Assembly: GCF_001457615.1 (NCBI RefSeq)
Contig: NZ_LN831024.1
Coordinates: 2,370,001-2,402,000, forward strand
Source: Pseudomonas aeruginosa
GTDB taxonomy: Bacteria; Pseudomonadota; Gammaproteobacteria; Pseudomonadales; Pseudomonadaceae
DNA length: 32,000 nucleotides
Reading direction: 5' to 3'
The translations under genes and the position numbers were made by a program. Below the pieces are notes generated by a model that had not been told where the DNA came from, did not search any database, and saw nothing but the letters and a program-made list of their open reading frames with translations. Position 1 is the first letter of the stretch. Every line of letters starts with the position of its first letter. Positions 27,852 through 32,000 of the stretch are shown piece after piece.

Positions 27852-29657
27852 ATGGCTCTTTCGATAAATGATCTACAGGAAATGACCAGCGGGTTCGCTT
27901 CCACTGGATACGGATGCTCGAGCATTCCTTCCTCGCCGCAGAATCCAGTCATGCTGGAATGGACTGATGATGTGGGCGATTTCAGAAAATTTCGCCTCTG
28001 GGTTTATGAGATTACTCATGGTGGTGGCGGCCGTGACGCAAAGGAAAACCGTATCCAGATTACCAACGCTCCCTCCAAGGGGGATGGTATGGACCATGAC
28101 GGAGCCATTGACCTAGTCATGGGTTATTCGCCGAGTCGGCGTGTTCTGGTGGCCTATGACAGGCGATGGTTGGAGAAGCGCATGGAGAAGGGGGAGGGAT
28201 CCCCGTCGGTCCAGGTAAAAGAGGAGGACATTAACGCGGCGCTGGTTACAGGGATACACCGCGTTACCAAGGATGTTTCCTTCGGCGTGGCCAGCATTGT
28301 GACTCTTAAGCCCGAACTTTTTCCCGAATACCTCAAAAATCATGAGGCCTTGCTATCAGGGGCGATGGCGACAAACAGCGTCCCCCAAATAACTGGAGGC
28401 ACCAACGTGTCACTCTGGCAATTCTGTCTTGATCGGGGCTTCTACTTTGAGCCAGACTTGCTGGCTAGGTATGTCGCATCCATTGCTGCTAAGCCATTTG
28501 TGATCCTGGCCGGTGTTAGCGGCACAGGCAAGTCGAAGATGGCGGAGCTGGTGGCGGAATTCTACTCTTCGACTAGGGAAGTGCTTCCAACTACTAAACC
28601 GGCAGGTCGTGCGCCTGCAGTTGGTGATGCATTTATCTTTGCCCCCGATAAATGCAAAAGCGATAAATCTCGTTTTGCCCTAGTGCCCGTGCGGCCTGAC
28701 TGGATCGACAATCAGTCCATTATCGGTTTTGTGAACCCGATCACCGGAAGATACGAGTCGACTCAAGCTCTAGACCTAATGCTCAGAGCCGCAAAGGCTC
28801 TGGAGGATGCCCCGGAAAAGGCTGCCGCCCCCCGTTATTTCATGCTACTCGATGAGATGAATTTGGCGCGCGTAGAGCACTATTTCAGCGACTGGCTTGC
28901 GTGTGCGGAGAGTAGGCGGTACCAACAAGACGGTGCGATCAGTCAGCAACCCATCCCACTGCATCGACATGCTGCGGCAACTGCCAGCCTCATCGGCCCA
29001 GGCCAGGCCGCTGTGGATGTGGACGTTCCAAATGCTCTACCTATCCCCACCAATCTGATAGTGACTGGTACCGTCAACGTCGACGAAACGACTTTTGGCT
29101 TCAGTCCTAAGGTGCTGGACCGTTCGATGGTGATTGAGTTCAATGACGTTGACTTGGATGGTATGAGGTATGGTGTTGCCGCAGCTGTTCAGAACGGCTA
29201 CCGCTTTCCTGAAGAATTACCGCCGTTCCGTTTACCTACGACCGCTGCGTTTAAGGATTTGTCACAAGAAGCGCATGACCACCTTGTTTCGATAAACCGG
29301 ATTTTGGAAAGGGCACAGCTTCACTTTGGCTACAGATCTGCCTCAGAGATCGGTTGTTTCATGCAGATTTATAGCAGCATCCTCCCTGAGGACGTAAACG
29401 ATACTGCTATGCTCCGAGCACTTGATGGGGCCGTTCTTCAGAAGATCTTGCCGCGTATTCAGGGGAACCGAGCCCGGCTGGAGGAAACTCTTTGCACTCT
29501 GCTTTGGTATTTCCGTGATCTCGCTATGCCCGGATCTGACCAGGACATTCAGACTATCAGGTGCGATGATGCAGCGAAGCTCCCGAAGTCTTATTGCCGT
29601 GGTTTTGAAATGCTGGAACGGTTGCGCGGATTCGGCTTTGTGACCTTTTTCAAGTGA
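27852..29657 (+). CDS. McrB-type AAA+ GTPase restriction subunit with unassigned N-terminal domain
   Basis: 601 aa; Walker A GVSGTGKS (28512..28535), Walker B FMLLDEMN (Asp codon at 28851), GTVNVDETTFGFSPKVLDRS containing the McrB-like NxD signature (29076..29084). Confidence 0.9.
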   Translation: MALSINDLQEMTSGFASTGYGCSSIPSSPQNPVMLEWTDDVGDFRKFRLWVYEITHGGGGRDAKENRIQITNAPSKGDGMDHDGAIDLVMGYSPSRRVLVAYDRRWLEKRMEKGEGSPSVQVKEEDINAALVTGIHRVTKDVSFGVASIVTLKPELFPEYLKNHEALLSGAMATNSVPQITGGTNVSLWQFCLDRGFYFEPDLLARYVASIAAKPFVILAGVSGTGKSKMAELVAEFYSSTREVLPTTKPAGRAPAVGDAFIFAPDKCKSDKSRFALVPVRPDWIDNQSIIGFVNPITGRYESTQALDLMLRAAKALEDAPEKAAAPRYFMLLDEMNLARVEHYFSDWLACAESRRYQQDGAISQQPIPLHRHAAATASLIGPGQAAVDVDVPNALPIPTNLIVTGTVNVDETTFGFSPKVLDRSMVIEFNDVDLDGMRYGVAAAVQNGYRFPEELPPFRLPTTAAFKDLSQEAHDHLVSINRILERAQLHFGYRSASEIGCFMQIYSSILPEDVNDTAMLRALDGAVLQKILPRIQGNRARLEETLCTLLWYFRDLAMPGSDQDIQTIRCDDAAKLPKSYCRGFEMLERLRGFGFVTFFK

Positions 29658-31231
29658 GTAAGATTGCATTCGAATACCGCCCTCGGCGCTGCGATGGGTT
29701 GAGCTCAGCTCTTGTCGGGGACGTTGTCGACCTGGCGGAGAACGTCGAGTACGTCATTGAATTCCCGGAGGCGCCGTCTGCTTCGGAAGTTGGTGCACTG
29801 CTTGAAGTGGGCTATGAACCTATCGGTGACAAGATGGGCGTGCTGGCTTTCAAAAACTTTGTAGGGACGGCCCGCTTTGCCGGAGTGACCCTGCGGGTTT
29901 CCTCATCCAAACTCGGCGAGGAAGGGGTTTCTGGCCTGCTCGAGCAGGTATCGCGTTTATCATCGAACTTGGTGTTTGGGTGGCGTTCGCCCGCAGGCTT
30001 TTCCGCGATTGCGTCTGGGGACTCTAAGTCTCCAATTCCGTATCACCAGCTGCAGTTTCTGCGAGAAGTCATCCTTCGGCGGGAGGCAGGACTGCGCCTA
30101 CAAGATTTTTTTGCAGTTGTGGAACGGAATCCGACTCGGAGGTTTGTGTTGGAGCGGCCGGTAGTTCCCGCTGAGCGGGTTCGTAGCTTCGATGCGCGCT
30201 CGGTTACCGATATATTTAATCGGCCAGATCGACTGATTACGGTACGCGAGCACTACGCTGTCGCCGGTAGTCCGTTAGCACGGGCCCTCAAAATTGGGGT
30301 ACCTCCTGTAGAGCATTTTCCAGCGCGGGTATCAGTGTCATCACGGCGACTGTCTTTCGACACCCCCGAGAATCGCTTTGTCAAGCACTTTCTCGGAGAG
30401 TGCTTGACCATCGTATATAAGCTGCTCGATGACCGGAACATCCATATTCAAATGCGCTCCGATTGCCGGGAAATGGCAACCATTCTCGAGACAGCCTCGA
30501 GGTCGCTATTCCTATCAGAGGTCGGTGTTCTAACAGCATTCACTGGCCCTACTCATGCTCTTGCCAAGGTGGAGGGCTACAAGGACATTCTGGATCTTTG
30601 GCTGCAGCTGGGGGCGCATCAGTCCTTGCCCACTTCTGAAAGGGAGGTCCAACGGCTGCTCCAAGGAAAAGATGTCGCGCTGTTGTATGAGTATTGGGTG
30701 TTCCTCAAGGTGCTCGAAGCTGTTTCCTTGGTCATGGGCATCTCAGCTGGCTCTGTAACGGTTTCGCGCAGTGCCCTGGGCGAAGGTCTTGATCGCGGCC
30801 TTGTCGTGCGGCTGTCAGCCAGCGTAGCCGTCGCCTTCAACCCCTCCTACGTCAGGTCGGCTGGGGCCGCTTATTCTACTCCGCTAAGGCCGGACGTCGT
30901 TTTGACCCTCAATGGGGCGCGTTTTGCCTTTGACGCGAAGTATCGATTGCAGTGGCTGACATCGTTGGAGGATGGTCAAGATGATGAGGCTTCATTCGTC
31001 CGCGCTGATCTGTACAAAATGCACACATACCGGGATGCGATCACGGATATGAAGGCTGCCTTTGTGGTTTATCCGGGTACGGAGTTTGTGTTTTTTGAGA
31101 GGGGCGGCGGTCGGCGCCAGTGCCCTGGCGAAATTATGGTGTTCGATGGCGTTGGCGCCATTCCGGCGAGGCCGGATGGCGCCGAGGTATCGATGCTACT
31201 GGATCTGGTGCAGGCGTTACTCGATCAGTGA
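29654..31231 (+). CDS. McrC-type nuclease subunit (DUF2357 plus PD-(D/E)XK)
   Basis: 525 aa; GTGA overlap with the upstream gene; RPDVVLTLNGARFAFDAKYR catalytic D...DAK motif; DUF2357-like N-terminal half. Confidence 0.9.
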   Translation: MSKIAFEYRPRRCDGLSSALVGDVVDLAENVEYVIEFPEAPSASEVGALLEVGYEPIGDKMGVLAFKNFVGTARFAGVTLRVSSSKLGEEGVSGLLEQVSRLSSNLVFGWRSPAGFSAIASGDSKSPIPYHQLQFLREVILRREAGLRLQDFFAVVERNPTRRFVLERPVVPAERVRSFDARSVTDIFNRPDRLITVREHYAVAGSPLARALKIGVPPVEHFPARVSVSSRRLSFDTPENRFVKHFLGECLTIVYKLLDDRNIHIQMRSDCREMATILETASRSLFLSEVGVLTAFTGPTHALAKVEGYKDILDLWLQLGAHQSLPTSEREVQRLLQGKDVALLYEYWVFLKVLEAVSLVMGISAGSVTVSRSALGEGLDRGLVVRLSASVAVAFNPSYVRSAGAAYSTPLRPDVVLTLNGARFAFDAKYRLQWLTSLEDGQDDEASFVRADLYKMHTYRDAITDMKAAFVVYPGTEFVFFERGGGRRQCPGEIMVFDGVGAIPARPDGAEVSMLLDLVQALLDQ

Positions 31232-32000
31232 ACCTTGTTCTGGTTGTGACGCTTTCTCCATAAGTTCTCGGATGTCTGAGAAGTCGACAAAAATACTGGC
31301 ATCCGTGGAGGCCAGGCGGCGCATTACTTCCGCATGAATTCCCTGGACGCCGCGGACCGCAAATTGGGGGGTGGTGGCAAGCTCGGCTACTAACGCCGGA
31401 AGGTCGAATGCCTTGGCTGTCTTCCTGGGTGGGGTTGTCTTGACCTTCTCGGGTTTGCGAAGGTTCATCACTACGTCGAAATGGGCGACGTCCTCCTGCC
31501 CGCTGCGACCCTTGTAGCCTTTGTGGCTCTGTTGCTTGCGATCAAGGGATGCCGCCTCATGGAACTCAAAGCCTGCTTCCTTCGCCGCGCTCTGAAGGGC
31601 TGCCCAGACTCCTCCGTCGGTGTTATGGAAGACGACAGTGGCCCAACCGCCCGGTTTAAGTACACGAGCTATCTCGCGCATTGCTCCCGTCATTAGTGCT
31701 TCATACCCAGCCAGTGTCTTACCGCCGGCCGATTCGGCAAGTGATTTGTTGACAACCGCCTCATTGGTTGGGTCCGTGATTCTGCCAAGCCATGACTCCC
31801 AGATCAGGTTGCAGTCGGCGTAAAAAAGGTTCGATCCGAAGGGCGGGTCAGTGAAGACATAGTCAATGCTCCCGTCTTGCACATCTGCAAGGTCGGTGGC
31901 GCTCCCGTTCAAGACAAACGGCATCTGTTCGGCCGTAGGCTGGAAGGTGGCATAGTATCTTTTCAACTGCGCGATCTTGTTGCGCATGACTTCGAAAACG
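31217..32000 (-). CDS. DNA amino-methyltransferase (N6-A or N4-C type), partial, continues past the right edge
   Basis: SIDYVFTDPPFGSNLFYADCNLIWESWLG (motif IV DPPF), EIARVLKPGGWATVVFHNTD; no stop or convincing start between 31987 and the edge, so the N-terminus is outside the window. Confidence 0.87.
   Translation of the reverse strand, partial: VFEVMRNKIAQLKRYYATFQPTAEQMPFVLNGSATDLADVQDGSIDYVFTDPPFGSNLFYADCNLIWESWLGRITDPTNEAVVNKSLAESAGGKTLAGYEALMTGAMREIARVLKPGGWATVVFHNTDGGVWAALQSAAKEAGFEFHEAASLDRKQQSHKGYKGRSGQEDVAHFDVVMNLRKPEKVKTTPPRKTAKAFDLPALVAELATTPQFAVRGVQGIHAEVMRRLASTDASIFVDFSDIRELMEKASQPEQGSLIE

Noticed and set aside
27852-31231. Plain E. coli-type McrBC (modification-dependent only)
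   Set aside because: The McrB N-terminus looks different, the McrC partner is of the DUF2357 kind, and a facing amino-MTase is present; kept as a competing hypothesis rather than the main call.
26956-32000. CRISPR array or attL/attR tRNA-end duplication inside the window
   Set aside because: No regularly spaced repeats, and no second copy of the tRNA-Pro 3' end recognised; the right boundary is outside the window.

Overview
This 32 kb window is almost certainly Pseudomonas aeruginosa or a very close relative. Positions 1 to about 26.95 kb read as core chromosome. They carry a TetR regulator, a Dyp-type peroxidase, an OprD-family porin resembling OprQ, a divergent LysR/PACE-type pair, ecotin, a YihY/BrkB membrane protein, endonuclease I, a ParD-like protein with a methionine aminopeptidase, and then the cluster thrS-infC-rpmI-rplT-pheS-pheT-ihfA-merR-like-tRNA-Pro(GGG). 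Just after tRNA-Pro the character changes: an IS3-family transposase fragment, a group II intron reverse transcriptase fragment, then an intact two-gene McrB/McrC-type locus (AAA+ GTPase with an unassigned N-terminal domain; DUF2357/PD-(D/E)XK nuclease). This converges with, and overlaps by 15 bp, the 3' end of a DPPF-type amino-methyltransferase gene that runs off the right edge. The two observations I rank highest are (1) this McrBC-like plus amino-MTase locus, a candidate modification-sensitive GTP-dependent restriction system, and (2) a pair of minus-strand candidate small RNAs or attenuators near 3.45 kb and 9.75 kb. Both end in an intrinsic-terminator hairpin whose loop contains the identical 12-mer CCCTCCCCCCGC, and both have an upstream hairpin with CCCCAAG in its loop. 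All assignments come from reading sequence and motifs; no database search was run.
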